A stretch of 64,000 bases of DNA from Candidatus Saccharimonadota bacterium. GTDB taxonomy: Bacteria; Patescibacteriota; Saccharimonadia; Saccharimonadales; SZUA-47. Positions 24,589 through 33,543 of this stretch are shown piece by piece (the first letter of the stretch is position 1; each line of letters starts with the position of its first letter). The DNA is taken from contig CP065013.1 of NCBI GenBank assembly GCA_016700315.1, positions 257,449 to 321,448 of the forward strand. The letters run 5' to 3'. Made by a program: the position numbers and the translations under genes. The notes under the pieces are model-generated. The model ran no database searches. It was given only the letters and a program-made list of their open reading frames with translations, and was not told the origin of the DNA.

Positions 24589-25215
24589 CTACAAAAGTGT
24601 CGACCAGTAGTACCAGAACTTGTACAGAATTAGCCATATTACAGCTGCGTAGGTTACGAAAAGTACCAGTGCATGTTCTCGCCTAACCCAAGCGGCAGCT
24701 CGGGCCAAGCTACCTTTTACGGCTATATGCCCTTCGCTAATGTTATACAGCGTCGTGTAAAAAAACAGCGGGATCATTACCGCCCAGGTTGTCATACACC
24801 ATGGGCACAAAGCGCCAATCACAAAAATACTGTGGTACATCAGGTTGAGAACAAAGACAAGCCCGGCCAGCACGCCGAACTGTAGCGCTACCCAAAACCA
24901 TCGCTGTTTCGGTCGCCCAGTTAGAAGCATCATCACCCCGATGGCTATGAGTCCTGCAAAGGCTGGGATGCCAAAAACTGGATTTGGAATACCAAAAACA
25001 TGCGAGCTAGAAGACTTCATGACCGAACCGCAAGAAATAATCGGGTTAAGATCACACCCCAGCTGAGCGGTCGGGTTTTTAAGTAGATGCACCTCCTCAA
25101 CCATCAGAACTACCGCTGCCAGCAGTGCAACCGCACTAAAAACAATCAGCAAGTAAGGATAAATGCGCTTTAGATCCCAAGCGCTACGGTTCAAAAACTC
25201 ATTGATCCTTTTCAT
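24589..25215 (-). CDS. Vitamin K epoxide reductase (VKOR) family membrane protein
   Basis: Loop Cys pair CDLNPIISC, CPWC redox motif and 4-5 TM helices. Start placed at ATG 25213-25215; the tracked ORF extends to a TTG at 25296. Confidence 0.75.
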   Translation of the reverse strand: MKRINEFLNRSAWDLKRIYPYLLIVFSAVALLAAVVLMVEEVHLLKNPTAQLGCDLNPIISCGSVMKSSSSHVFGIPNPVFGIPAFAGLIAIGVMMLLTGRPKQRWFWVALQFGVLAGLVFVLNLMYHSIFVIGALCPWCMTTWAVMIPLFFYTTLYNISEGHIAVKGSLARAAAWVRREHALVLFVTYAAVIWLILYKFWYYWSTLL

Positions 25216-25311
25216 CGCCTCATTATACCTCACACTTGATACAAACTCTTTATTCGCAGGTGCTGTGACAGCTAAGCCATACAAAAAAGCGCGCAACGTT
25301 AAATTCGCAAA

Positions 25312-25716
25312 TTAGATTTTAGCAACAGGTAGTTCGGGCACTCTGCCAAAATCTGAATCTAGAGAAAGCAATAAACAATCGTACTCGAGTGTCAGAGCCG
25401 CGATCCACATATCGTTGGTATTGATTGGTGTGCCCTGCTGCTTAAGTTTTTTGAATATAGCGGCGAAGAGTTTGGTGGTTTTGTCACTGATCGTAACTGT
25501 ATTAACATTCGGCATGTCTAGAAACTTCTGGAGGAGTGCTTCGTTTTCTTTCGGCCTGTTTCCAAGTGCGAAGCCAGCTCTTAGCTCGCCAACGACAACA
25601 AGCGGCACTAAAACTTGCGAATCTGGCCGAAAATATTCACGCAAGCGGCCATCGCCTCTGTTGAATGCCGAATAAGCACTAGTATCAATCAGCAGTTTCA
25701 CTTTGCTCACTGCCAT
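25312..25716 (-). CDS. vapC: PIN-domain toxin VapC
   Basis: LLIDTSAYSAF N-terminal acidic motif with distal D residues, 134 aa, and a 10-nt overlap with the upstream antitoxin. Confidence 0.85.
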   Translation of the reverse strand: MAVSKVKLLIDTSAYSAFNRGDGRLREYFRPDSQVLVPLVVVGELRAGFALGNRPKENEALLQKFLDMPNVNTVTISDKTTKLFAAIFKKLKQQGTPINTNDMWIAALTLEYDCLLLSLDSDFGRVPELPVAKI

Positions 25717-25958
25717 AACTTTTTATCTATTTTAGACAAATCAGCAATCGCTTCGTCAAATGACCCATCAAGTGTGTTAGCTCCAAAAAGCCAATCGAAC
25801 CCAGTCTCAGCTTGAATCTGCGTAGTTCCGAAAGTTTGCATAGTTAACAAATCTACTACTGTCTGGTTAAAAGATTTTCCAGTTCTTTGAGAGCGCTTTT
25901 TTATAACCATGTCAACCGCTGGTGGTATATTCCTTATAGTGTATTGAATTTTACTCAT
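25707..25958 (-). CDS. vapB: VapB-type antitoxin (RHH/FitA-like)
   Basis: MSKIQYTIRNIPPAVDMVIKKRSQRTGKSFNQTVVDLL is a ribbon-helix-helix type N-terminus. Start moved to ATG 25956-25958. Confidence 0.75.
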   Translation of the reverse strand: MSKIQYTIRNIPPAVDMVIKKRSQRTGKSFNQTVVDLLTMQTFGTTQIQAETGFDWLFGANTLDGSFDEAIADLSKIDKKLWQ

Positions 25959-26026
25959 GTATACATTGTATGCAGTATATACACTTACGTCAATCCGCTG
26001 GATCAATACTGATGACTTACACGGCT

Positions 26027-26082
26027 CTTGATACTTTATCCCTGATACTTGATACTAGTTATTATGAGTTTACAGATTGGGA
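26027..26082 (+). repeat. 56-bp direct repeat, copy A: decayed duplicate of the ychF promoter-proximal region and first 6 codons
   Basis: CTTGATACTTTATCCCTGATACTTGATACTAGTTATTATGAGTTTACAGATTGGGA differs from copy B (28110-28165) at 3 of 56 positions. Confidence 0.92.
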
Positions 26083-26201
26083 CAGATACTGCGCAGCCCA
26101 ATTACCTTTTGTGCTAAGACTAACTATGCTACCGACGGATAGAGGTGATCGTAGCTATTCCAACGAACGTACTGTTAAGACAAATGAAGAGTTACAGACC
26201 T

Positions 26202-28088
26202 CTAGCTCTTAGGCTTACTGCGTAAAGCTTTCGTGATAGTACCGAAATTCTTTGCTAGGTCGTAATCACTCCGCCCAGCAACTATTGCCTCATAAATAGC
26301 GTCATCACCAGCAAGCTTTTTAAGCCTGTTATTGAGCTGTCTCATAATTGTTTTAGGATCTTTGTCATGTACACCATTCTGACTTGCGAAGTGACTAAGC
26401 TCTTGAGCGTCAGCAGGACGCTCTGACGGGTTAAAGAGCGGTAGTGTTTCTGGACGTACTTCACGCTGTCGTGCACGAAATGCACCACTTTGCTCGGAGA
26501 GCTCTATGACTCGTTGCTCACCAACTGCGTCTAGCGCTAAAATCTGTAGTTCGTAATCACTAAAAATTAGATTTTCGGCACTTCTCCAGCCAGGTATAGG
26601 TACTGTCCTTTTACCGTCGTAGTCAGCAATTATTACCTTAACACGATCTTGCTCAAAACCACCGCTTGCTTTGTCTAAAGCAAAAAGTGTAGCTACTTCT
26701 ACAGGATCCAGCTTTCCTCTCAGTTGATAAGCGATACTTAGAATATCCTCTGGCAAATGATAATCTTCAGGCATTTCTGGCAATTGTGCGGCTGCCTTGA
26801 GATATTCAGTTGTAGCGTTTTCACGGACACCTTCACGCCCAGACTTACTGAGCCGGGGATTTACAGAGGTACTTCTGATTAACCTTTGAACGTAGTCGGT
26901 CAGTCCAACAAATGCTTTTGTCTTTACCCTACTCGTTTCGAACAATTGCATAAGCTGTCCGACAGCTCGGACTTCTGTTCGGTCTAAATGTTCAATTGCT
27001 GAACCTGCGTCCTCACCTAGTGCCCACGTTGCATCAATAATGGTAGACACTGACGATCCATCTTTGTCTACAGTTACAAATGTATTCCAAGCGTGTCCAC
27101 TTCCTTCACCGGTGCTCGTACTAAAACCGTCTGCTCGTGAGTCAGCATAACCCGCACCGTCTTTACCTCCGCCGTAAACAGCATAAGTATTATTTAGCAT
27201 ACTTAGTTCGGTTTGTGTTGCCTTGAGAGCTTCAAATACAGCCTTTACGTTTGAGGCTACGTTTCTGCAAACGCCGTTACCCTTCCAATTAGGGTCTTTC
27301 CTGCTAGCTATGCCTTCTCTTAGTAACTCAGAAGTGGTTGACTGGTCAGCTCTTGATAAATCTTTTAAGCCAATGTCCTCGTAGGTGTACCGTGAGACAC
27401 TTTGAACAAACGCAGCACTAAGCTTTACCGCTTGTTCGGGAGTCAAGTGACTTAATGAACGAATCTTTAGACTCTCTACTAACTGTTGACCGCTTTTGTC
27501 GTTTTGGAGGTAGTGAGCAAGGACAGTACGCAACTCCGTTTGCCAGCCTTCTTCCTCTACTGTATTGCGATAGGTGTGGTCGCCATTGCCACAGTCAGTT
27601 AGTGACGCTTCCAAGTAATCAGGCACAGGGTACGTTTCGCGGCTTGGTGCTACTTTAGGATTGTAGTGCTCAAGGGTCGTAAAACTAGCAAATGCTGTGT
27701 CTGTCATCTCAATGTGAGCTAAAGAACGTGTATGAACCGTCTCCAATGTACGCATTCGTTCCAGGCTATCGTGCAACGCTAACTCAACGTCCTTACCAGC
27801 ACCTACTACTTCTTTTTTTGTTCTACCTTCCTGTGAACCTGAGCCAATAATAATTCTGTGCTCACCCTCAGGGGTCCTGCCTATGAACTGTTCATCAGCG
27901 CGATAAAAATGCCCTGCCGATACTACAACACCTGATAAACCAACACGTCCAATAGCAGGTATGGCACCACTTTGTTCGGTTGGTAATTGATCTGGGCTTA
28001 TTAGAGGCTTTTGTTCTAGTACTGCGGTCATAGTTTTTATTTTTGCTTTACTCTCTGTTATCTTATCAAATAACTTGACAAATGTCAA
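26202..28088 (-). CDS. Transglutaminase-like (Cys-His-Asp) domain protein, 628 aa
   Basis: NGVCRNVASNVKAVFEAL (nucleophile Cys), GSGHAWNTFVTV (His) and IIDATW (Asp) occur in the order and spacing of the transglutaminase-core cysteine protease fold. No signal peptide seen. Confidence 0.65.
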   Translation of the reverse strand: MTFVKLFDKITESKAKIKTMTAVLEQKPLISPDQLPTEQSGAIPAIGRVGLSGVVVSAGHFYRADEQFIGRTPEGEHRIIIGSGSQEGRTKKEVVGAGKDVELALHDSLERMRTLETVHTRSLAHIEMTDTAFASFTTLEHYNPKVAPSRETYPVPDYLEASLTDCGNGDHTYRNTVEEEGWQTELRTVLAHYLQNDKSGQQLVESLKIRSLSHLTPEQAVKLSAAFVQSVSRYTYEDIGLKDLSRADQSTTSELLREGIASRKDPNWKGNGVCRNVASNVKAVFEALKATQTELSMLNNTYAVYGGGKDGAGYADSRADGFSTSTGEGSGHAWNTFVTVDKDGSSVSTIIDATWALGEDAGSAIEHLDRTEVRAVGQLMQLFETSRVKTKAFVGLTDYVQRLIRSTSVNPRLSKSGREGVRENATTEYLKAAAQLPEMPEDYHLPEDILSIAYQLRGKLDPVEVATLFALDKASGGFEQDRVKVIIADYDGKRTVPIPGWRSAENLIFSDYELQILALDAVGEQRVIELSEQSGAFRARQREVRPETLPLFNPSERPADAQELSHFASQNGVHDKDPKTIMRQLNNRLKKLAGDDAIYEAIVAGRSDYDLAKNFGTITKALRSKPKS

Positions 28089-28109
28089 TATGCTTATGTA
28101 TTAAACATA

Positions 28110-28165
28110 CTTGATACTTTATCCCTCATACTTGATACTAGTTATTATGAGTTTATCGATTGGGA
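28110..28165 (+). repeat. 56-bp direct repeat, copy B: functional ychF 5' region
   Basis: See copy A. Contains the heptamer array GATACTT TATCCCT CATACTT GATACTA and the ychF ATG at 28147. Confidence 0.92.
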
Positions 28166-29238
28166 TTGTTGGGCTGCCGAATGTCGGCAAGAGCACTCTT
28201 TTTAATGCGCTGACAGATGCGAATGCGCTGGCGGCTAATTACCCTTTTGCCACGATTGAACCAAACACCGGCATTGTACCGGTACCAGACGAGCGCCTAG
28301 GCAAGCTGGCCGATATGTACAAAAGTAAGAAAATTGTGCCCGCCACAGTAACTTTTGTAGATATTGCGGGGCTAGTTGAAGGTGCAAGTAAAGGCGAAGG
28401 CCTGGGCAATCAGTTCTTGAGTCATATACGTGCTTGTGATGCAATCCTACAGGTTGTGAGAGCCTTTGAAAGTGGCGATGTAATCAGAAGCGATAGTTCA
28501 CGAGACCCAGAACACGACATAGATGTAGTCGCTACTGAGTTAGTGCTAGCTGACCTGCAAACAGTCGAAAAACGCCTGCCCCGTATTCAAAAAGAGGCCA
28601 AAGCCAATCTAAAATTAAAACCCATGCTAGATTACATAGAGACGGTACACGGAATACTTGACTCAGGCAAGCCTCTTTTTTCAGAGTCAGGAGTCATGAG
28701 CCATGAGCTAAGAGGTTGGCTCCAAAAAGAACTGCAGCTTATGACTTTAAAGCCGATTCTGTATCTATTTAACATCGATGACGACGCACTAAGTAGCAAC
28801 GAGCTGAAAACTAAGCTTCGTAACATCGTCACACCCGCCCCCGCTCTTTTTGTTAGCGCCAAGCTAGAAGATGAGCTGCGTGGACTAGATGATATCGACA
28901 GGGCTGAAATGCTGGCAAGCTACGGCGCTAGTGAGTCTGGGCTCAACCAAGTTATCCACTCGGCCTATGACCTACTGGGGCTGCAAAGCTACTTAACCGC
29001 TGGCGAGCAAGAAGTCCGCGCCTGGACCATAAAAAAGGGTTGGACGGCACCACAAGCAGCCGGCGTAATACATGGCGACTTCGAAAGAGGCTTCATAGCT
29101 GCACAAATCGTAGACTATAACGACCTAGTTGCGGCCGGCAGCGAGCAAGCAGCCAAGTCGGCTGGCAAGGTTCGCACCGAAGGCAAAACCTACCAGATGC
29201 GTGAGGGCGATGTGGTAGAGTTCAGGTTCAACGTCTAG
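28147..29238 (+). CDS. ychF: Ribosome-binding ATPase YchF (Obg family)
   Basis: MSLSIGIVGLPNVGKSTLFNALT G1 motif, DIAGLVEGASKGEGLGN, and C-terminal GDFERGFIAAQIV. Start moved to the ATG at 28147. Confidence 0.93.
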   Translation: MSLSIGIVGLPNVGKSTLFNALTDANALAANYPFATIEPNTGIVPVPDERLGKLADMYKSKKIVPATVTFVDIAGLVEGASKGEGLGNQFLSHIRACDAILQVVRAFESGDVIRSDSSRDPEHDIDVVATELVLADLQTVEKRLPRIQKEAKANLKLKPMLDYIETVHGILDSGKPLFSESGVMSHELRGWLQKELQLMTLKPILYLFNIDDDALSSNELKTKLRNIVTPAPALFVSAKLEDELRGLDDIDRAEMLASYGASESGLNQVIHSAYDLLGLQSYLTAGEQEVRAWTIKKGWTAPQAAGVIHGDFERGFIAAQIVDYNDLVAAGSEQAAKSAGKVRTEGKTYQMREGDVVEFRFNV

Positions 29239-29336
29239 CCTAAGAAGTGTAAGCTTTGGCATCAACTTTCGCCACATACAACTAAAGTGGTGAGCTTTAA
29301 ATAAACACCTGTTTGTGTAATTGGTACTTTAGTTAC

Positions 29337-29371
29337 ATAACAGGGTCTGACCCTGACATCTGTTATTTTTT
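29337..29371 (+). terminator. Rho-independent terminator candidate after ychF
   Basis: ATAACAGGGTCTGACCCTGACATCTGTTAT (inner stem CAGGG/CCCTG, outer stem ATAACAG/CTGTTAT) followed by TTTTT. Confidence 0.55.
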
Positions 29372-29393
29372 GTTATATGGATTATTTAAGAGT

Positions 29394-30347
29394 TTAGAGG
29401 TTGGCTTTGATTATTTTAGCTAGGTCGCCAATTTTGTATAGACTGCTACCTTCGCTAAAAATCGCTACTGACAATTGAGTGCCGTCGGATAAAGTGATGA
29501 TAGCAACATCGTTATTTGCTGAGCCCAAAAACCCGACTTTATCGGCAACTTCTGCGCCAGCAAAGCCGCGTGGTATTCCCTGCCTATAGACCTGAGACTT
29601 CATATAGCCGATCAACTTTTGTCGGCTAGCTGCCGACAATCGCTCTTCAAAAGAAATTGCATTCAGCAACTTCACCGAATCTTTGGCTGTAAACATAAGA
29701 CCATTTAGTTCAGTATTTTTTAAGCCCAGATCTCTAAAAAGTTTATTGAGTGGATTGTAGCCATACTTACGCGCTATGGCCTGACCACAATCGTTATCTG
29801 AGTTTATAATCATCAGCTTTATACACGTTCCAATACTCTTTCCTGGCAGTGCTTCAGTTTCGGCTTTCCACTTACCGCTATCAATCATTAAAAACGCAGC
29901 GTAGGCAGCGTAGAGTTTATAGACACTTGCGCCAAAAAACTGCTTGTCACCAGATATATCTACCAACGTTTCTTGGTTTTCCTGATTTTGTACAACTACA
30001 CTAAAACTACCGGGCTGTTGGCTTATCCACGCCCGAACAGCGTCTTCTAGCTTGTTGCCGGACTTCACAAAAACAATTGGCTTTATCTCTTTCAAATCTA
30101 ATTTCTCATTATCGGACCTGTTACTCTCTGCCTCTGCATAGGCTAGCGGCTGAACGCTGTTAGAGGCGCTTACAAACAAACTAGCAGCGATACTATTGAC
30201 CATAGTTCCAACAATAATAAGTACACTCAATACTCGAACAAATTGAAACAAACCACGCTTACGCTTGCCCACTCTTCGAGGTTGATCGTAAATATAACTC
30301 TGCCCGGCCAACTTTCGCAGGCCCGACGTAAACGGAATAACGCTCAT
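29394..30347 (-). CDS. Membrane-anchored serine hydrolase, class A beta-lactamase / DD-peptidase-like
   Basis: SVYK (SxxK), SDN and KVG motifs occur in the canonical order. N-terminal TM helix. Confidence 0.7.
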   Translation of the reverse strand: MSVIPFTSGLRKLAGQSYIYDQPRRVGKRKRGLFQFVRVLSVLIIVGTMVNSIAASLFVSASNSVQPLAYAEAESNRSDNEKLDLKEIKPIVFVKSGNKLEDAVRAWISQQPGSFSVVVQNQENQETLVDISGDKQFFGASVYKLYAAYAAFLMIDSGKWKAETEALPGKSIGTCIKLMIINSDNDCGQAIARKYGYNPLNKLFRDLGLKNTELNGLMFTAKDSVKLLNAISFEERLSAASRQKLIGYMKSQVYRQGIPRGFAGAEVADKVGFLGSANNDVAIITLSDGTQLSVAIFSEGSSLYKIGDLAKIIKANL

Positions 30348-30470
30348 TTTAAAGTTTTTGTCTCTTTTTTAACCAAAAAACCCTAACGAACCAAGTAAGA
30401 ATTTTTTAGCTTTTGTTTAATAATTTTTGTTCTTTATTGAACTGAGCATAGTTTAGCTCAAGTCCTTCTA

Positions 30471-31244
30471 TTAACGCAAGCTTTTTAGCATATAAAATCG
30501 CTCGACGTTTCCTTTGCTACCGGCAAGTCCAGAATCAGCTTTGTCAACTATTTTGAACAAATTTTGTACCCAGCTTTCGAAGTCGTGAATAATTTCGCGA
30601 CGAACTTTGCTATTTTTGATTACACCCCTGTTAATTTGCTCCTTGCCTGCTTCAAACTGAGGCTTGAGCATAGCTATGATTAATGTTTTGTTATTAACGA
30701 ATAAAGAGATGTGAGGTAGTATTTTTCGCATCGAAATAAAGCTCACGTCAATCACTACTATGTCTGGTACTTCGGAGAGTACTACTCTTCGTTCCTCGTT
30801 CTTCGTTCCTCGTTCTATTTGGCTACTTTGTAGCCAAATCTCACGAATATCAGTCTTTTCGTGCAGTTCAATTTTGGGATTTCCTAACAGTGTTGGGTGA
30901 AGTTGATCCGTGCCAACATCAACTGCAACAACTTTACTAGCACCATTTTGCAGTGCAAAATCCGTGAAGCCTCCCGTGCTACTGCCCACGTCCAAAACGA
31001 CTTTATTTGTAAAATCTAGCCCTAGCTCTCTCGCTACAGAAGCCAGCTTCTCGCCTGCTCGTGATACGTACTTTCCTGCTGTAGCTGAAACTACAATTTT
31101 GTCACTAGCTGAAACCTCGAAAGCCGGTTTTGTAATAACATTACCGTTAACTCGCACCGTGCCGCGCTTAATCAAATCCTCGGCCCTAGACCGCGACTGA
31201 GTCTTGCCTGACAAAAATAAAACTTGATCAAGCCGCCGCTTCAT
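30471..31244 (-). CDS. tlyA: TlyA-family 16S/23S rRNA (cytidine-2'-O)-methyltransferase
   Basis: N-terminal S4 domain (RLDQVLFLSGKTQSRSRAEDLIKRGTVRVNG) and FtsJ-type SAM motif VLDVGSSTGGFTD. Confidence 0.88.
   Translation of the reverse strand: MKRRLDQVLFLSGKTQSRSRAEDLIKRGTVRVNGNVITKPAFEVSASDKIVVSATAGKYVSRAGEKLASVARELGLDFTNKVVLDVGSSTGGFTDFALQNGASKVVAVDVGTDQLHPTLLGNPKIELHEKTDIREIWLQSSQIERGTKNEERRVVLSEVPDIVVIDVSFISMRKILPHISLFVNNKTLIIAMLKPQFEAGKEQINRGVIKNSKVRREIIHDFESWVQNLFKIVDKADSGLAGSKGNVERFYMLKSLR
30787..30839. repeat. Intragenic module inside tlyA: heptamer array (CTTCGTT CCTCGTT)x2 plus adjacent 9-bp-stem hairpin ATTTGGCTA-CTTTG-TAGCCAAAT
   Basis: Read directly. Translated in frame as WLQSSQIERGTKNEERRVV. 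Confidence 0.9.
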
Positions 31245-31959
31245 TTCCCAACCGTATACCAGCGAACATTATTCGTTCTGCTGGAAGTGTAATTATTTCA
31301 CCAAATGCCATACCCTGATAGTACAAATCGACCACGCTTAGCATTCCTAGTATCGGCCCTAGAGGCAGTTCTTGCTTTTTGTCGCTTACCTCAAACCACT
31401 CCTCGAACTTTGGACCAGTGCCCGGTTTATCATCACCATTGTTAGATTGCTCATCAATTAGTAACTTGTCTAGTAATGAATTGCGGAAACTTTGTGTGAA
31501 GTTTGCCGCAATACCAAAGGCATCAAAAACCCTTTCACCATCTAGTATTGACGCAGCCAACGTAGCACCCAGGTAAGAAATTCCTTCACTGGCCGCATAT
31601 TCGAGCAGACTGTCTACTTGGTGCGTTTCAAAACGTACACAATGCAAGAGTTCGTGAAAGGCATACTGCACACTATCTATTATTTCCAAATCACTACGAG
31701 CAATTTTCCTGCGAGCTATCCTATCTGCTGGATAGTTAAGATCAAATTTTGTTTGATCGTATGATTCCCCGGAAGTAGGCCATGTCCGACTGCACTGATA
31801 AATCGCAGCCCGCTTTGAGGTTCGTGGTTCAACCCCAAGATCTCCAGTTATGTCCTCTGTCAAACCTAAAACCGTCTTAATGATGGGTTGCATATATTTT
31901 CTATGCGACCTTAACCATGTACCACCCCACACAAATTCAATCCCGTTGTAGGGTTTCAT
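31228..31959 (-). CDS. Hypothetical protein with HExxH motif (putative zinc metallopeptidase)
   Basis: AFHELLHCVRFE contains HELLH. No other recognisable motif. Confidence 0.45.
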   Translation of the reverse strand: MKPYNGIEFVWGGTWLRSHRKYMQPIIKTVLGLTEDITGDLGVEPRTSKRAAIYQCSRTWPTSGESYDQTKFDLNYPADRIARRKIARSDLEIIDSVQYAFHELLHCVRFETHQVDSLLEYAASEGISYLGATLAASILDGERVFDAFGIAANFTQSFRNSLLDKLLIDEQSNNGDDKPGTGPKFEEWFEVSDKKQELPLGPILGMLSVVDLYYQGMAFGEIITLPAERIMFAGIRLGNEAAA

Positions 31960-31970
31960 AATTTACCTTT

Positions 31971-32534
31971 CTACTTCTTTCGTTCGCGGTAGGAACCGTC
32001 TTCTGTGCTGACACTTATCGTGTCGCCCACTTTGATAAAAGCTGGCACACGAGTTTCAACACCGGTTTCTAGTGTTGCTGGCTTAGTGAGTGCGCTGCTT
32101 GTGTCACCACGTACGACATCTTCGGTATAAGTTACTTTTAGCCAGACATTTTTGGCAAGCTCGATGCTGACGGCATTGCCGTCGAGCAGCATCACCTTTA
32201 CATTGTCGCCTTCTTTTAGGTAGCCGACTTGATCCTCAACGGATTCTTTGGACAGTTCAAACTGTTCGTAAGTTTCGCCGTCCATAAAATACCATTTAGC
32301 GCCGTCGTTATAAAGATACTGAACATTTTTGTACGCTAGATCTGCTCTGTCTAGTTGTTCGTTGCCTTTAAAAGTTTTTTCTAACACACGACCGTCCAGA
32401 AGACTTTTGATGCGCACATTAACAATGGAACCACCGCGTCCCATGACTTTTTGTGAGTAGTCTAGTACTTGTTGCGGCACGCCTTCGTACATGAAGATAG
32501 TACCTTTTTTTAGTTCTGTAATTGATAATGCCAT
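31971..32534 (-). CDS. efp: Elongation factor P
   Basis: MALSITELKKGTIFMYEGVPQQVLDYSQKVMGRGGSIVNVRIKSLLDG is a typical EF-P KOW-like N-terminus. 187 aa. Confidence 0.93.
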   Translation of the reverse strand: MALSITELKKGTIFMYEGVPQQVLDYSQKVMGRGGSIVNVRIKSLLDGRVLEKTFKGNEQLDRADLAYKNVQYLYNDGAKWYFMDGETYEQFELSKESVEDQVGYLKEGDNVKVMLLDGNAVSIELAKNVWLKVTYTEDVVRGDTSSALTKPATLETGVETRVPAFIKVGDTISVSTEDGSYRERKK

Positions 32535-32546
32535 TTTAAATCCTTT

Positions 32547-32906
32547 TTAGTTGTAATCTGGGTCACTTGCTTTATGTAAAAGCTCAGCTACTTCGTGGGT
32601 TGCTTGGCTTAGATATTGATAACTTGCGTCTTTCATAATTCCTGCTTGATGCAAAACAAGCAAGTTTTCAGTAATCTCGCCCATCTCACGTTCCGCGCCC
32701 TTAAAAGCCAAAACTTGATCTGTTGCGTTGAAGGCCCCACCACTCTCATAAATGAGCTGGCGTATGTTCCCCAGATGATTATGCAAAGCAAAAATCACAT
32801 GATCTGGGAACATGGTGTTTTTCAGGCCTTCAACATTCAGCTCTTGAAAGCCACCAACTTGCGAAAGCAGCCGGTCAATCGCCGCTTTTAGGTTATCAAT
32901 ATCCAT
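32547..32906 (-). CDS. Hypothetical protein (119 aa)
   Basis: ORF with coding-like composition, in an operon position between rpsR and efp. No motif recognised. Confidence 0.5.
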   Translation of the reverse strand: MDIDNLKAAIDRLLSQVGGFQELNVEGLKNTMFPDHVIFALHNHLGNIRQLIYESGGAFNATDQVLAFKGAEREMGEITENLLVLHQAGIMKDASYQYLSQATHEVAELLHKASDPDYN

Positions 32907-32919
32907 AGCTACTATTTAA

Positions 32920-33123
32920 CTAGTTTGCCGAAACAAATGGCAGTAGTGCCAAATGTCGTGCACGCTTAACAGCTGCGCTCAAATGACGCTGCTGACTTTC
33001 GGTCAAGCCTGTCTTTTTACGAGTTTCAATAGCACCGTATTGATTAACATAGCGCTGCAATGTTTTAAAATCTTTGTAATCAAAAAATGCTACGTCTGTT
33101 CTGTGTTTAAAAATTTTCGCCAC
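32920..33123 (-). CDS. rpsR: 30S ribosomal protein S18
   Basis: FFDYKDFKTLQRYVNQYGAIETRKKTGLTESQQRHLSAAVKRARHLALLPF. GTG start with an AGGAGG Shine-Dalgarno sequence. Confidence 0.93.
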   Translation of the reverse strand: MAKIFKHRTDVAFFDYKDFKTLQRYVNQYGAIETRKKTGLTESQQRHLSAAVKRARHLALLPFVSAN

Positions 33124-33169
33124 TGTAAAAATCCTCCTGATTTTTAGATTAATGTTTGATGATTAACGA

Positions 33170-33543
33170 TTAAAGAATCTTTTCACCGTTAACCTTTATG
33201 AGTTTTATTAAAGCCGCTTTTAGTTCTTCTACTTTTGATATTAACTCTGCTTCCAAAACGCTAGAAAGGTAGTTTGTTTTTTTGATATTCCTATCTGAGC
33301 TTCTAGTTCAAATAATGAGCCGAGTGCATGTCGATAAAACTGCTCTTTCTCTCTGGCACTTCTTCTGCCAAAGCCTTCTGCGATATTAGATGGCAAAGAT
33401 ACAGCAGCTCGTCTCATTTGCGAAATCAAGCCAAAAACTTCTTCTTTAGGAAAAGCCGAAGTAACTTGGTAGACACTCAGACAAATAGACTCCGAAATCT
33501 GCCAAACCCTTAAGTCTTTAAAGGACTTTATCGTCGTACTCAT
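33170..33543 (-). pseudogene. Four-helix-bundle protein gene with a -1 frameshift in an A7 run (or homopolymer sequencing error), between ssb and rpsR
   Basis: LRVWQISESI...SQMRRAAVSLPSNIAEGFGRRS...ALGSLFELEAQ is the family signature. After the A7 run (T7 at 33277-33283 on the plus strand) the +1 frame stays open for 37 codons (KTNYLSSVLEAELISKVEELKAALIKLIKVNGEKIL-stop at 33170-33172), restoring a typical ~124-aa length. Confidence 0.6.
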
